In this document: positions 49,905-59,528 of the stretch, one piece after another
Layout: each line of letters starts with the position of its first letter
Numbering within the stretch: position 1 is the stretch's first letter
Assembly: GCA_963699755.1 (NCBI GenBank)
Contig: CAVOVB010000005.1
Coordinates: 192,001-256,000 of the forward strand
Reading direction: 5' to 3'
Source of the DNA: an uncultured delta proteobacterium
GTDB lineage: Bacteria > Myxococcota_A > Polyangia > Polyangiales > Houyiibacteriaceae
Length of the DNA: 64,000 bases
Notes under the pieces: model-generated
Told to the model about the DNA's origin: nothing
The model's database searches: none
The model's input: the letters and a program-made list of their open reading frames with translations, nothing else
Made by a program: the position numbers and the translations under genes

Positions 49905-52739
49905 ATGCGTTTGGCCCTGGTTCTATCCATCGGACTCGTCGTACTCGGATGCGGCGATGACAGCAGCGGCGGCGGCAGTGGTGGAAGCGGCGGTAGCGGC
50001 GGCGGCGACGCTCTGGATCTCGAGATTGGGTCTGGGGACGTTCGGGCGGGGCGTCTGTCGGAAGACCAGCTGCCCGACGACCCGAACGGCCTCGCCGTTT
50101 GGGAGGCGGGCGATTTCGCGCTCGTCAACGAGCACATCGCCGTGATCATCGAAGATGCAGGGGTTTCGGATCTATACCTGCCCTTTGGTGGGAGCATCGT
50201 AGGGATCGCGCGCTACGAAGAGGGCGCGCTCGTCGACCGCGCCGACTACAACGAGTTCGCAATAGGCCTGCGGCGCTTTCTCGTCGCGGCCGAAACGGTT
50301 TCGTTGATCAACGACGGCCGCGATGGAAACCCCGCGGTCGTACGCGCCGAGGGGCCGCTTCGGGCGATTCCGTTCCTCGAAGACGTGTTGAACGGACCCA
50401 ACGGCGGAACGATCTTCGGAAATCTTCTCCTGGGCGTGCCGCCTCCTGAGGACGAGGCCTTCCAAAGCACCCGCGTCCAAGTGGACTACGAGCTTGCGCC
50501 GGGCGCGGAGCACCTGGACGTGTACTACACGGTCGACACCGCCCTCACCAACATCAAGCCGACGTACCTGATGATGCAGAGCAAACGCATGGCCCCCTAC
50601 GTGCCCGGCCAGGGCTTTGGCACGGGCAACCTGACCCTCGAGTATGCCTACATGGCGTTCGCCGATGATGACGCTGCCAGCTACGCCATCGAAGACGTGT
50701 CGGGTCCGATGGGAGCTGCGCTCAGCGCCGGGGCTACCTTTGGCATCACCAACCCGGAGGTCTCCGGCGTGCTGCCACTCTCGAGAATCCTGCCGATCGA
50801 GTTCGAAGCCGGCAAGCGAGAGCACTTGATGCGGATGCACGTCGGGGGCTCCGGCATCGACGGCTTACTGGAGGCGATCGCGCGCACCAAGGGAGAGCCG
50901 ACTCGGACGATCACCGGCATGGTGCAGCACGCGGATGGCTCGCCGGCTCGAGGAGTTCGGGTGCATGCCGAGACGACCGACGCAGCGCCTGTCTATCTAA
51001 CCCGATCCCTGAGCGGCGCCGATGGCGCATACGCGCTCACCGTGCCCGAAGGCCAGGAGGTTCAGCTGCGCGCATACCGGCGAGGCGATGGAATTTCGGA
51101 CCCGGTGGTAGTGCCGGCATCCGGGACATCGGCGAACGTGATGCTTCCGGCGAAAGGCACCATTCGGGTGACGGCCACCGACGCGAATTCGAACACAGCG
51201 CTACCGGTGCGTGTGCAAGTGATCGACGAGAACGCCTATCAGCCACCCGCCAAGTATGGCGAGCCCATCGTGCCGCGCGACGACCGCCTTCACCTGGTCT
51301 TTCCAACGGACGGGCAGGCGGTCCTGAGCGCGCCGCCAGGAGACTATCAGGTCGTCGTCTCGCGAGGCTACGAGTACGACATCGTCGACACGAACGTGAC
51401 CGTCAAGGCGGGCGAAGAAACACCACCCGTCATTGCCCAGCTCACGCGCGTCGTCGATTCGATGGGAGTCATGTGCGGAGACTTCCATATTCACACGCAC
51501 CGCTCTCCGGATGCGACGGACTCGCCGGAGTTCAAGTTGATGGCTGCAGCCGGAGACGGCGTCGAGCTACCGGTGCGCACCGATCACGAGTTCGTTGCAG
51601 ACTTCGAGCCTGTGGTGGCTTCGCTCGGCCTCGAGGCCTGGATGTACGGGTTCTCGGCACTCGAGCTCACGACCTCTTCGTTTGGCCATTTCGGGGTCTT
51701 TCCGTTGACTCCCGACCCGACCCTGCCGAACGACGGCGCGATTAGCTGGAACCGCATCAATGAGGAGTCTGGCGCCGTGGAGATCCTCGAACCCATTCCG
51801 GTGATCAACGACGCTCGCAGCCGGCCAGGCAACCCCGAGGTGATCATGTTTCATCCACGTGCCAAGCCGGGCACGGGCGGTGGCTTTGGCGAGCTCATCG
51901 GGGAAAATTATTTCATGGGTTGGAATGATCCGTTTACCAACACGGGCGGCGTCCAGTACCGCCCGAGCACCGACACGATTTTGCGCATGGACATCGACGA
52001 GAGGACCTGGTGGGATTTGGACTTCAGGGTCGTCGAGGTCTTCAACGACAGCTCGTTCGCGGAGAACAAACAGAACGATGGCCGGATCTATCCGAGAGAC
52101 CCTACGGACGAAGACGCCAGTGACGAGATTGGGACGGTCGACGATTGGTTTGGTCTACTCAATAGCGACATGCGCGACGGGGTGTTTGCCGTGGGCTCCT
52201 CCGATAGCCACATCATCATGGGCGGCAGCCCGGTTGGCTATCCGCGAACCTGTGTGTTTGTGGGCACTGACGATCCGGCAGTGCTTCGGGCGGACCCCAA
52301 CCCGCCGCAGACGGTGAAAAATCTCATCAGGGATGGCCGTTCGGTGATCAACGGCGGCATCTACATCCGCCCCACGAACGAAGGAGTGCGGCCGGGAGAC
52401 ACGATCACGGGCGCCGGCCCCTACCAGATCGAGCTGGAGGTTCAGGCCCCGCTCTGGGTTGGCGACGTGGAGCTCATCGAAATGTGGATGAGCTCGAACA
52501 AGGTCATCACGAGGATTGAGCTCGCAGTCGGCACGGACCCCGAGATCGACAACGAATCGGTGCTCCGCTACTCGGAATCCGTCCCGGTGCCAGATGGCAC
52601 CGACTGGGTCGTTTTTCACGCGCGAGGCGCCTACGACCCGACGATCGAGAGCCGCAACGACCAGACGCAGACCCTCGACCCGGTGCACCCCGGTCGGCTT
52701 CCCTTTGGGGTCACCAACCCGATCTTTTTCGGGCCATAG
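49905..52739 (+). CDS. Large lipoprotein with carboxypeptidase-regulatory-like domains and a C-terminal PHP (CehA/McbA-like) metallohydrolase
   Basis: VLGC lipobox and Gly/Ser linker; SRGYEY, GDFHIHT..S.D, TDH, E.T...GH, HP, SSDSH, GYPRT, TNPIF. Confidence 0.82.
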   Translation: MRLALVLSIGLVVLGCGDDSSGGGSGGSGGSGGGDALDLEIGSGDVRAGRLSEDQLPDDPNGLAVWEAGDFALVNEHIAVIIEDAGVSDLYLPFGGSIVGIARYEEGALVDRADYNEFAIGLRRFLVAAETVSLINDGRDGNPAVVRAEGPLRAIPFLEDVLNGPNGGTIFGNLLLGVPPPEDEAFQSTRVQVDYELAPGAEHLDVYYTVDTALTNIKPTYLMMQSKRMAPYVPGQGFGTGNLTLEYAYMAFADDDAASYAIEDVSGPMGAALSAGATFGITNPEVSGVLPLSRILPIEFEAGKREHLMRMHVGGSGIDGLLEAIARTKGEPTRTITGMVQHADGSPARGVRVHAETTDAAPVYLTRSLSGADGAYALTVPEGQEVQLRAYRRGDGISDPVVVPASGTSANVMLPAKGTIRVTATDANSNTALPVRVQVIDENAYQPPAKYGEPIVPRDDRLHLVFPTDGQAVLSAPPGDYQVVVSRGYEYDIVDTNVTVKAGEETPPVIAQLTRVVDSMGVMCGDFHIHTHRSPDATDSPEFKLMAAAGDGVELPVRTDHEFVADFEPVVASLGLEAWMYGFSALELTTSSFGHFGVFPLTPDPTLPNDGAISWNRINEESGAVEILEPIPVINDARSRPGNPEVIMFHPRAKPGTGGGFGELIGENYFMGWNDPFTNTGGVQYRPSTDTILRMDIDERTWWDLDFRVVEVFNDSSFAENKQNDGRIYPRDPTDEDASDEIGTVDDWFGLLNSDMRDGVFAVGSSDSHIIMGGSPVGYPRTCVFVGTDDPAVLRADPNPPQTVKNLIRDGRSVINGGIYIRPTNEGVRPGDTITGAGPYQIELEVQAPLWVGDVELIEMWMSSNKVITRIELAVGTDPEIDNESVLRYSESVPVPDGTDWVVFHARGAYDPTIESRNDQTQTLDPVHPGRLPFGVTNPIFFGP

Positions 52740-52757
52740 TCGAGCGAAATCCAGCAC

Positions 52758-52785
52758 TTGACAGGTGCAAAAGGCAGGCTATCTC
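52758..52785 (+). promoter_or_regulatory. sigma70-like promoter of tRNA-Asn
   Basis: TTGACA (52758-52763), 16 nt, TATCTC. Confidence 0.55.
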
Positions 52786-52795
52786 TGGCAGCCAT

Positions 52796-52871
52796 TCCAG
52801 CGTAGCTCAGTTGGTAGAGCGGGCGACTGTTAATCGCTTGGTCATAGGTTCGAGTCCTATCGCTGGAGCCA
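52796..52871 (+). tRNA. tRNA-Asn (GTT)
   Basis: Acceptor stem TCCAGCG/CGCTGGA, D-arm AGCTCAGTTGGTAGAGC, anticodon loop CTGTTAA, T-arm ATAGG-TTCGAGT-CCTAT, encoded CCA; 76 nt. Confidence 0.97.
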
Positions 52872-52878
52872 GTTGAGG

Positions 52879-52906
52879 GGCCTTCTCAAGAGCTAGATGG
52901 CCTTTT
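52879..52906 (+). terminator. Probable intrinsic terminator after tRNA-Asn
   Basis: GGCCTTCT...AGATGGCC (7/8 paired) followed by TTTT. Confidence 0.55.
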
Positions 52907-52993
52907 CATATTCAGAAACCTGGGCAGGAGCAGGATTCGAACCGACGGTGTCCTCGCCCCGCTTTGCGGGCCTCCGTGGTGGCGCCGCACGTC

Positions 52994-54217
52994 CTATCGC
53001 CCGCTCGCGTTCGACGCCGATCCAATGCACTGCAAAGTCTGCTCGGCGATCTCTAGTTCTTCGTTGGTCGGCACCACCAGCACCGGGAGGGAAGTGCCTT
53101 CGCGATGGATGGCTCGGGCTTCCTTCGCCTGGGCTCGATTGCGAGCTTCGTCAAGCTGGATGCCCATGCGCTCGAGCCCTTCGCAAGCGCGCTCGCGAAT
53201 GTCCGGCGAATTCTCGCCAACTCCTGCGGTGAAAACGACTGCGTCGACGCGGTCGAGCGCTGCCATGTAGCCGCCGATATACTTGCGAATGCGATGGACG
53301 TAGACGTCGAGGGCAAGTTTGGCCCGCGCGTCCCCAGTCGCCTCGCGTTCGAGCACGTCTCTTACGTCCCCAACGCCGCACAAGCCAGCGAACCCACTCT
53401 CACCGTTCAGGTCTGCGTCAATCTGGTCGATGCTGATTCCACGCTGGCGCGCGAGGTAGATGATCGCTCCGGGATCGATGTCGCCGGAGCGCGTGCCCAT
53501 CACCAAACCTTCGAGGGGTGTCAGACCCATGGAGGTGTCCAGGCTCTTGCCATTCGCGATGGCGGTCGCGCTCGCCCCGTTTCCGAGGTGCAGCGCGATC
53601 ATATTCAGCTCGCCCAGGGGCCGGCCGAGATGTGCGGCCGCCTGCTTGGCCACGTAGGCGTACGAGGTGCCGTGGAAGCCATAGCGACGCACCCCGTGGG
53701 ATGCGTACCAGTCCTCGGGGACGGCGTATCGGTAGGCGCGGGGCGGAATGCTCTGATGGAAAGCCGTGTCGAATACCGCAACCTGCGGTACATCGGGCCG
53801 GCGTGCCATGGCTACCTCGATGCACAGGAGGTTGGCGGGGTTGTGCAGCGGCGCGAGCGGCGAGAGCTCCCGAATGGTCTCGATCACCCGATCGTCGACC
53901 AGCGTGGGTTTGCGAAAAGCGTCACCTCCATGAACGACCCGATGTCCGATGCCGACCAGCTCGGCACCATCTGCCGTCATTGTGGCATCGGGGAGCGTGC
54001 TCATGATTCTATCGAGAGCGGCGGCGTGATCTGCGAAGTCGCAGACGCTGGTCGTGCCCCGGAGCGCTCCGGTCGCATCTCGCTGACCGTGAACGAGCCG
54101 GCTGCCCGAGTCGCCAATTCGCTCCGCGGCGCCCTTCGCGAGCAGAACCCGCTCGCCCAGATCGAAGAGCTGGTACTTGATCGAAGAGCTTCCGGAGTTG
54201 AGAACCAGGACCCTCAC
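52994..54217 (-). CDS. ackA: Acetate kinase
   Basis: VLNSGSSSIKY, GHRVVHGG, PLAPLHNP, FDTAFH, YGFHGTS, HLGNG, GTRSGD, PTNEE; GTG start overlapping the pta stop. Confidence 0.96.
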   Translation of the reverse strand: MRVLVLNSGSSSIKYQLFDLGERVLLAKGAAERIGDSGSRLVHGQRDATGALRGTTSVCDFADHAAALDRIMSTLPDATMTADGAELVGIGHRVVHGGDAFRKPTLVDDRVIETIRELSPLAPLHNPANLLCIEVAMARRPDVPQVAVFDTAFHQSIPPRAYRYAVPEDWYASHGVRRYGFHGTSYAYVAKQAAAHLGRPLGELNMIALHLGNGASATAIANGKSLDTSMGLTPLEGLVMGTRSGDIDPGAIIYLARQRGISIDQIDADLNGESGFAGLCGVGDVRDVLEREATGDARAKLALDVYVHRIRKYIGGYMAALDRVDAVVFTAGVGENSPDIRERACEGLERMGIQLDEARNRAQAKEARAIHREGTSLPVLVVPTNEELEIAEQTLQCIGSASNASGR

Positions 54218-56313
54218 GACCTGCTCTTCGCCGCCTGAGCCTGAACGGCGGTCACTGCCACCGTGTTCACGATGTCGGCCACCGAGCATCCTCGGCTCAG
54301 GTCATTGACCGGCTTGTTGAGGCCTTGCAGGATCGGCCCGATCGCCACGGCGCCCGCAGAGCGCTGCACGGCCTTGTAGGTGTTGTTCCCGGTGTTGAGG
54401 TCGGGAAAGATGAACACCGTCGCGCGCCCGGCGACGACGCTGTCCGGAAGCTTCTTCCGCGCCACCCCTGGATCCACCGCGGCGTCGTACTGCATCGGGC
54501 CTTCGATCAGTAGGTCGGGTCGGCGAGCGCGGGCGATCTCCGTGGCCTCCCGCACATGGGCCACGTCCTCGCCCTGGCCGGAGTTCCCTGTCGAATAGGA
54601 AAGCATGGCCACGCGCGGCTCGATTCCGAACATCGCCGCGGTTCCCGCCGAGCTGATTGCAATGTCGGCGAGCTGCGCTGCGTTCGGATTCGGGTTCACC
54701 GCACAGTCTCCGTAGACCAGCACGCGATCGCGCAGGCACATGAGAAAGACGCTCGACACGACCGAGACACCTTCACGCGTCCGAATGAACTCCAAGGCCG
54801 GGCGGATCGTGTGCGCTGTCGTGTGAGCGGCGCCGGAAACCATCCCGTCGGCGATTCCCTCGTACACCATCATCGAACCAAAGTAGCTCACGTCGCCCAT
54901 TAGATCGTGGGCGCGGTCCTCGGTCACTCCCTTGTGCCTTCGCAGCTCGACATACCTGTCCGCGAAGCCGGCGCGCCATTCGGACGTGAGCGGATCGACG
55001 ATTTGGGCGCCTTCGAGATGTACGCCCTGTGTGGAGGCGAGCTCGCGAATCTCCGCCGGATCGCCGAGCAAGGTGAGTTTAGCAACCCGTCGGCGCAGCA
55101 AGATTTCGGCGGCGCGCAAGATGCGTTCGTCGTCGCCCTCGGGAAGCACAATGTGTTGACGGCTAACCTTGGCCCGCTCGATGAGCTCGTACTCGAAACG
55201 CAGAGGCGTCACTCGTGCCGAATGGCTCACCTGAATACGCTCGATGAGCTTCGGCAGGTCCACGTGTTCCTCGAAGAGTCCCAGGGCGGTCGCGATCTTG
55301 CGGTCGTCTCCGGCGCGAATCGCTCCCCCCAACTCGTCGACAGCGGTGGCGGTTGCGAAGGTGTCATCGTCGACGCCGATGACGGGAACCGCAGTCCGCC
55401 GCAGGCCCTTGATGAGCCGCGTCACCGGCTCCGGGGGTTCGAGACCACCCGTCAGCACGATCGCAGCGATGTTTGGATAGGACTCGGAGCGGACCGATGC
55501 CAGACAGGCGAGCACGACATCGGCCCGATCGCCGCCCGTAATCACCATGGTGCCAGAGTGGAGGTGTGTCAGAACGTTGGGCAACTCCATCGCGGCCACC
55601 ATCACTTCGCGGATGAGCCCCTGAAGGCGCTGTTCGTCGCCGAACATCAACCTCCCATCGAGCGCGTGCATGACGTCGGCGATGCTCGGATGACCAAGGG
55701 TTTCATCCTCGGGCACCAAGTACGAGGGATCCTGGCCGCGCCATTCTGTCGCAAAACGTTCCTCGACCTGATCGAGCCGTTCGGGGGCCACTCGGTTGAC
55801 CAAGGTCGCCACGATGGCGCAGCCCTCCCGCTCGAAGGCTCGTCGCGCTGCCCTGACGTCCTCGAGGATTTCGTCCGGCTCGCGACCTTGCGCATTCGCC
55901 ACGAAGAACACCGGCGTACCCAGGTGAGCTGCTACCCGAGCGTTGAACTCGAACTCGAATGCTGCCCCAACGCCCGTGTAGTCGGTCCCTTCGCAGACCA
56001 CGAAATCGCACTCGGACTCCAAATGCTTGTAGCGCTGGAGGATCCGCGCCAGCAGCTCATCGGACCGATCGGCCGCAGCCATGGCGCGCGCCTCGTCGTA
56101 GGGCCCCCCGCTCGAGGCATCGGCGTCTTGGCGCAGCGCGTACCGGGAACGCATGAGACGGATCTCCCTATCGGTTTCGGCCAGGCCGTTGACCACCGGT
56201 CGAAAGAAGCCGAGTCGCTCCACCCTCCGAGAGGCTAGCTCCATCAAGCCGAGCGCGGCGAGCGACTTGCCGGCGCGCGCTTGTATCGATGCGATGTAGA
56301 CGCCTTTTGCCAC
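54214..56313 (-). CDS. pta: Phosphate acetyltransferase, long form (BioD-like + DRTGG + PTA domains)
   Basis: GKS, EGT, TGGDRAD, IVLPEG, SGAAHTTA.T.RP, GP.QYDAA, GN..YKAVQR, DLSRG. Confidence 0.95.
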   Translation of the reverse strand: MAKGVYIASIQARAGKSLAALGLMELASRRVERLGFFRPVVNGLAETDREIRLMRSRYALRQDADASSGGPYDEARAMAAADRSDELLARILQRYKHLESECDFVVCEGTDYTGVGAAFEFEFNARVAAHLGTPVFFVANAQGREPDEILEDVRAARRAFEREGCAIVATLVNRVAPERLDQVEERFATEWRGQDPSYLVPEDETLGHPSIADVMHALDGRLMFGDEQRLQGLIREVMVAAMELPNVLTHLHSGTMVITGGDRADVVLACLASVRSESYPNIAAIVLTGGLEPPEPVTRLIKGLRRTAVPVIGVDDDTFATATAVDELGGAIRAGDDRKIATALGLFEEHVDLPKLIERIQVSHSARVTPLRFEYELIERAKVSRQHIVLPEGDDERILRAAEILLRRRVAKLTLLGDPAEIRELASTQGVHLEGAQIVDPLTSEWRAGFADRYVELRRHKGVTEDRAHDLMGDVSYFGSMMVYEGIADGMVSGAAHTTAHTIRPALEFIRTREGVSVVSSVFLMCLRDRVLVYGDCAVNPNPNAAQLADIAISSAGTAAMFGIEPRVAMLSYSTGNSGQGEDVAHVREATEIARARRPDLLIEGPMQYDAAVDPGVARKKLPDSVVAGRATVFIFPDLNTGNNTYKAVQRSAGAVAIGPILQGLNKPVNDLSRGCSVADIVNTVAVTAVQAQAAKSRS

Positions 56314-56433
56314 TTGCCGCCTCCGGGGCGCCGCAGGATTGCACTGCCTCGGAGCGGGTTCAATTGGTCTCGAAGGGGGGATGGGTCTTCCGGCTCGCGG
56401 GCGCGACGAATTCTGCGATGATCGCACCTGCGC

Positions 56434-57522
56434 ATGGACTATCTGAAATCGATCCCGGAGCTCCTTCACGATTGGCTGCCGATGCTGGTCACGCTCCTGA
56501 TCGGCATTGTGGTGCTCTCGGGCGCCTATTGGCTCCTCATCAAGCGCGCGCCGCCGACCTCCGGCAGCATGGCCACGAGGCAGCTCCTGATGGCGGCGCT
56601 GACCGGAATCCTGATCATCGCGGTCATTCTCGAGCTGCCAATCGGAGACGCCCCCCGGGGGCAGCTGATGAGTCTACTCGGGATTCTCGTCACCGCAGCC
56701 GTCGCACTATCCTCCACGACGCTCCTGGGCAACGCGATGGCAGGACTGATGCTGAAGTCGATTCGCAATTTCAAGCCTGGCGACTTCATCATCGTGGAGG
56801 GGCACCGGGGCCGCGTCTCGGAGCTAGGCCTTTTGCGGACCGAGATCCAGACCGAGCGGCGCAATCTCACGACCTTCCCGAACCTCTACCTGGTCAACAA
56901 CCCAGTCACAGTGGTGCGCACATCCGGCACGTTCATCGCGGCGACGGTTTCGCTCGGCTACGACGTGCCACGCGAAAAGGTCGAAAGCTGTTTGGTCGAA
57001 GCGGCGGAGCATGCTGGCCTCACCGATCCATTCCTGTTCGTCCTCGAGCTCGGCGACTTCTCGATTACCTATCAGGCAGCGGGGTTCCTGCAAGACGTGA
57101 AGTTTTTGATCAGCGCAGAGTCCGCGCTCCGCGAGAACATGCTGGATTCGCTTCATCAGGCCGGCATCGAGATCGTATCGCCGACCTTCATGAATCAGCG
57201 CCAGCTCAAACTGGAGCAGCGGTTCATTCCCAAAGTGGAGCACGCGACCAAGCCCCCAGCCGCCGACGAGGAATCCCGTCCCGAGGAGCGCATGTTCGAC
57301 AAGGCCGAGATCGCTGAGAAAGAAGGCAGGGCGGAGGAGCAGCTCAAAGATGTCCTTGCGGAGCTCGAAAAGCTCAAGAAGAAGGAGCTCGAGGAGGTCG
57401 ACCCGGAAACCTCGCGGGCACGGATCAACGAGCTCGACGCCCGGCGCTCCGAGCTCGAAGCCGAGATCCTCGCACACAAGGAGCTGAAGGAAGAAGATGA
57501 AGCCGCCGACGAGGAGCCCTAG
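56434..57522 (+). CDS. MscS-family protein with a C-terminal coiled coil
   Basis: 3 TM segments, LGNAMAG, FKPGDFI, GRV..GLLRT, PN, LGDFS. Confidence 0.85.
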   Translation: MDYLKSIPELLHDWLPMLVTLLIGIVVLSGAYWLLIKRAPPTSGSMATRQLLMAALTGILIIAVILELPIGDAPRGQLMSLLGILVTAAVALSSTTLLGNAMAGLMLKSIRNFKPGDFIIVEGHRGRVSELGLLRTEIQTERRNLTTFPNLYLVNNPVTVVRTSGTFIAATVSLGYDVPREKVESCLVEAAEHAGLTDPFLFVLELGDFSITYQAAGFLQDVKFLISAESALRENMLDSLHQAGIEIVSPTFMNQRQLKLEQRFIPKVEHATKPPAADEESRPEERMFDKAEIAEKEGRAEEQLKDVLAELEKLKKKELEEVDPETSRARINELDARRSELEAEILAHKELKEEDEAADEEP

Positions 57523-58835
57523 CCGAGCTCGAGGCTGATGCCGACGACGAGCTGGTAGTCGTTTTTCTTGATCGCGGGCCCCAAGGGGTCCGGAGGCGGC
57601 CCTGGCTGCTCGGTTCGCAAGTAGAGAAATGCGATGTCGAGATCGATCACCTTGGTCAGCTCGATTGCGAGGTCGGCTTGACCGGTGTGGTTGGTATTGC
57701 CGATCGTGGTGAACACCAGGTTGGTGAGCCAGCTCAGGGTGAGGTCGATGTCGCCCGTGATGTCGAAGTCTGCGTACGTGAAGAGGGGAACGAAGCCATC
57801 GTTCTGGGGGTTTTTTCCGGATGTCAGCTCGGACGCATCCTTGTACCTGAGAAACTGGTAACCCAAGCCGGTGGCGAAATCCCACGTCGCCTTAGGCGCA
57901 TCGATGATGTGAACGCCTGCGCCCGCTGCGGGCGTGGCTCGGAATTTGATGTTCTGGAATCGGTCGTTGAAGAGCTGACCAAAAGCCGGAGTAACCCACC
58001 AACGGCTTCCGAGAAACACGTTGAAGAGGAACTGGCCCAAGTGTCGATTCACGTTTTGGGTGCCTCCGGTTCGACCAAACGTCGTGTTGTAGTTCAAGTC
58101 GAGAAGCGTCATTTCATCTTCGCGGTGGGTGTTGAACTTGATGTCGTAGGTCAGCTGGTCGGTATTTCCCTTGTTCAGCGTGAGTCCGAACCGGAGCTTC
58201 ATCGACCACCAGTCCCTCTCCTCTTGGCCCTCGACAATCGAACCGAGCTCGCTTCTTGGAAAGGTCTTGGTCCCATCGTCGGTCTCGACGATGACCGTGT
58301 CCTGGGTGATGACTGCGCGACCGGTCGCTGAAACCCGATCATCGAAGACGTAGGTGTTGACTTGCGGCGAGTGCACGAGCGCGACGTCCGCGAAGTCGAG
58401 CTTCAACATGTCGAGCTTGTCGCTGTCGAACTCCATCTTGTCTTGGCGCATTCGCTCGATGTTTCCCTTGATCCATTCGCCCGAAACCAGCTGGAGCCAA
58501 TCGAAGGTGTCGCCAAACTGGATGACGTAGCGGTTTCCGACGCCGGCTGCGGCCTCACGTTCGATCGTCGCCATGCTCGCCTTCACCGAATCAATTGCAT
58601 TGTTCGCGTCCATCGGCGCCGCCGGAACGCCACTAGGCTCGGTGATGAGCTCTGGGGCCGTCCCGTCAGGTTGAGCTTCGACGATCGCCTCGCCGGAGGA
58701 TCCCGCTTCCGCTGCCAGTTCTTGCGCGGGCGGCTCTTCGGCTGCGACCGTCCGTGGGGAAAGATGGAGCAGCCCCGCCGCCAACAAGCTCGCTGAGAGG
58801 AGGTTCCGACCGAGATTGTTCGATATTTTCGTCAT
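57519..58835 (-). CDS. DUF481/YdiY-like outer-membrane beta-barrel protein
   Basis: Signal peptide, GLTLNKGNT, DRFQNI..R..AGAG, amphipathic strands at the C-terminus. Confidence 0.72.
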   Translation of the reverse strand: MTKISNNLGRNLLSASLLAAGLLHLSPRTVAAEEPPAQELAAEAGSSGEAIVEAQPDGTAPELITEPSGVPAAPMDANNAIDSVKASMATIEREAAAGVGNRYVIQFGDTFDWLQLVSGEWIKGNIERMRQDKMEFDSDKLDMLKLDFADVALVHSPQVNTYVFDDRVSATGRAVITQDTVIVETDDGTKTFPRSELGSIVEGQEERDWWSMKLRFGLTLNKGNTDQLTYDIKFNTHREDEMTLLDLNYNTTFGRTGGTQNVNRHLGQFLFNVFLGSRWWVTPAFGQLFNDRFQNIKFRATPAAGAGVHIIDAPKATWDFATGLGYQFLRYKDASELTSGKNPQNDGFVPLFTYADFDITGDIDLTLSWLTNLVFTTIGNTNHTGQADLAIELTKVIDLDIAFLYLRTEQPGPPPDPLGPAIKKNDYQLVVGISLELG

Positions 58836-58961
58836 GACGCGGACGGTTCTAGGTCAGCCGGCCGAAATCGTAAAGGCCCAACAGGGGACTTTTCCGCCCC
58901 CGCCCTGGCGGGTGACGCTGCGGTCGCTTTGCGCTAAAAGCGAGGGCTCCAAGGAGGCAAG

Positions 58962-59486
58962 GTGACGAGCAACGAGCTAAGTAAGAACGATACCCCGGTC
59001 GTCGCAATATTGACGGGTAGCCCGAGCGACCTTCCGGTCGTTCTCAAGGGTCGCGACGTTCTCGACGGCCTCGGCATCCCTAGCGACGTGCGCGTTCTAT
59101 CCGCGCACCGGACGCCGCAGCAGACAGCTCAGTACATTGCAGCTGCTGAGAAGCTCGGCGTCGAAGTCTTCATCGCCTGTGCAGGAATGGCCGCCCACCT
59201 CGCCGGAGTGGTCGCCGCTCACACAACTCGGCCCGTCATCGGCGTTCCGATCGCCGCTGGGGCGCTTCAGGGTATGGACGCCCTGCTGGCCACGGTCCAA
59301 ATGCCCCCTGGCGTTCCAGTCGCCACAGTCGGGATCGACGGCGCGAAGAACGCAGCCTTCCTGGCGGCGCGAATCGTTGCCCTGATGCACCCAGAGGTTC
59401 GGGGTCGCCTCCTCGAAGATCTCGAAGAGAGCCGGAAGCGCTACGATTCGCCCGACCCTTCGACCCCGGGCCAAGCAGCGACTTGA
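58962..59486 (+). CDS. purE: N5-CAIR mutase / AIR carboxylase catalytic subunit
   Basis: GSPSD, SAHRTP, AGMAAHLAG, PVIGVP, QMPPGVPVATV. Confidence 0.95.
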   Translation: MTSNELSKNDTPVVAILTGSPSDLPVVLKGRDVLDGLGIPSDVRVLSAHRTPQQTAQYIAAAEKLGVEVFIACAGMAAHLAGVVAAHTTRPVIGVPIAAGALQGMDALLATVQMPPGVPVATVGIDGAKNAAFLAARIVALMHPEVRGRLLEDLEESRKRYDSPDPSTPGQAAT

Positions 59487-59528
59487 CGCTCGAGGCCGTG
59501 ATCCTTATGCGCTCCTAGTAAGCCTGCC

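Noticed and set aside
49962..50007. GGC/AGC-rich tandem-like repeat
   Set aside because: It encodes the Gly/Ser linker after a lipobox and is not a CRISPR or independent repeat
52796..52993. Integrative element at tRNA-Asn
   Set aside because: No integrase and no direct repeat of the tRNA-Asn 3' end was seen in the window
58962..59486. purE without an adjacent purK as an anomaly
   Set aside because: Stand-alone purE is common, and purK status cannot be judged from this window
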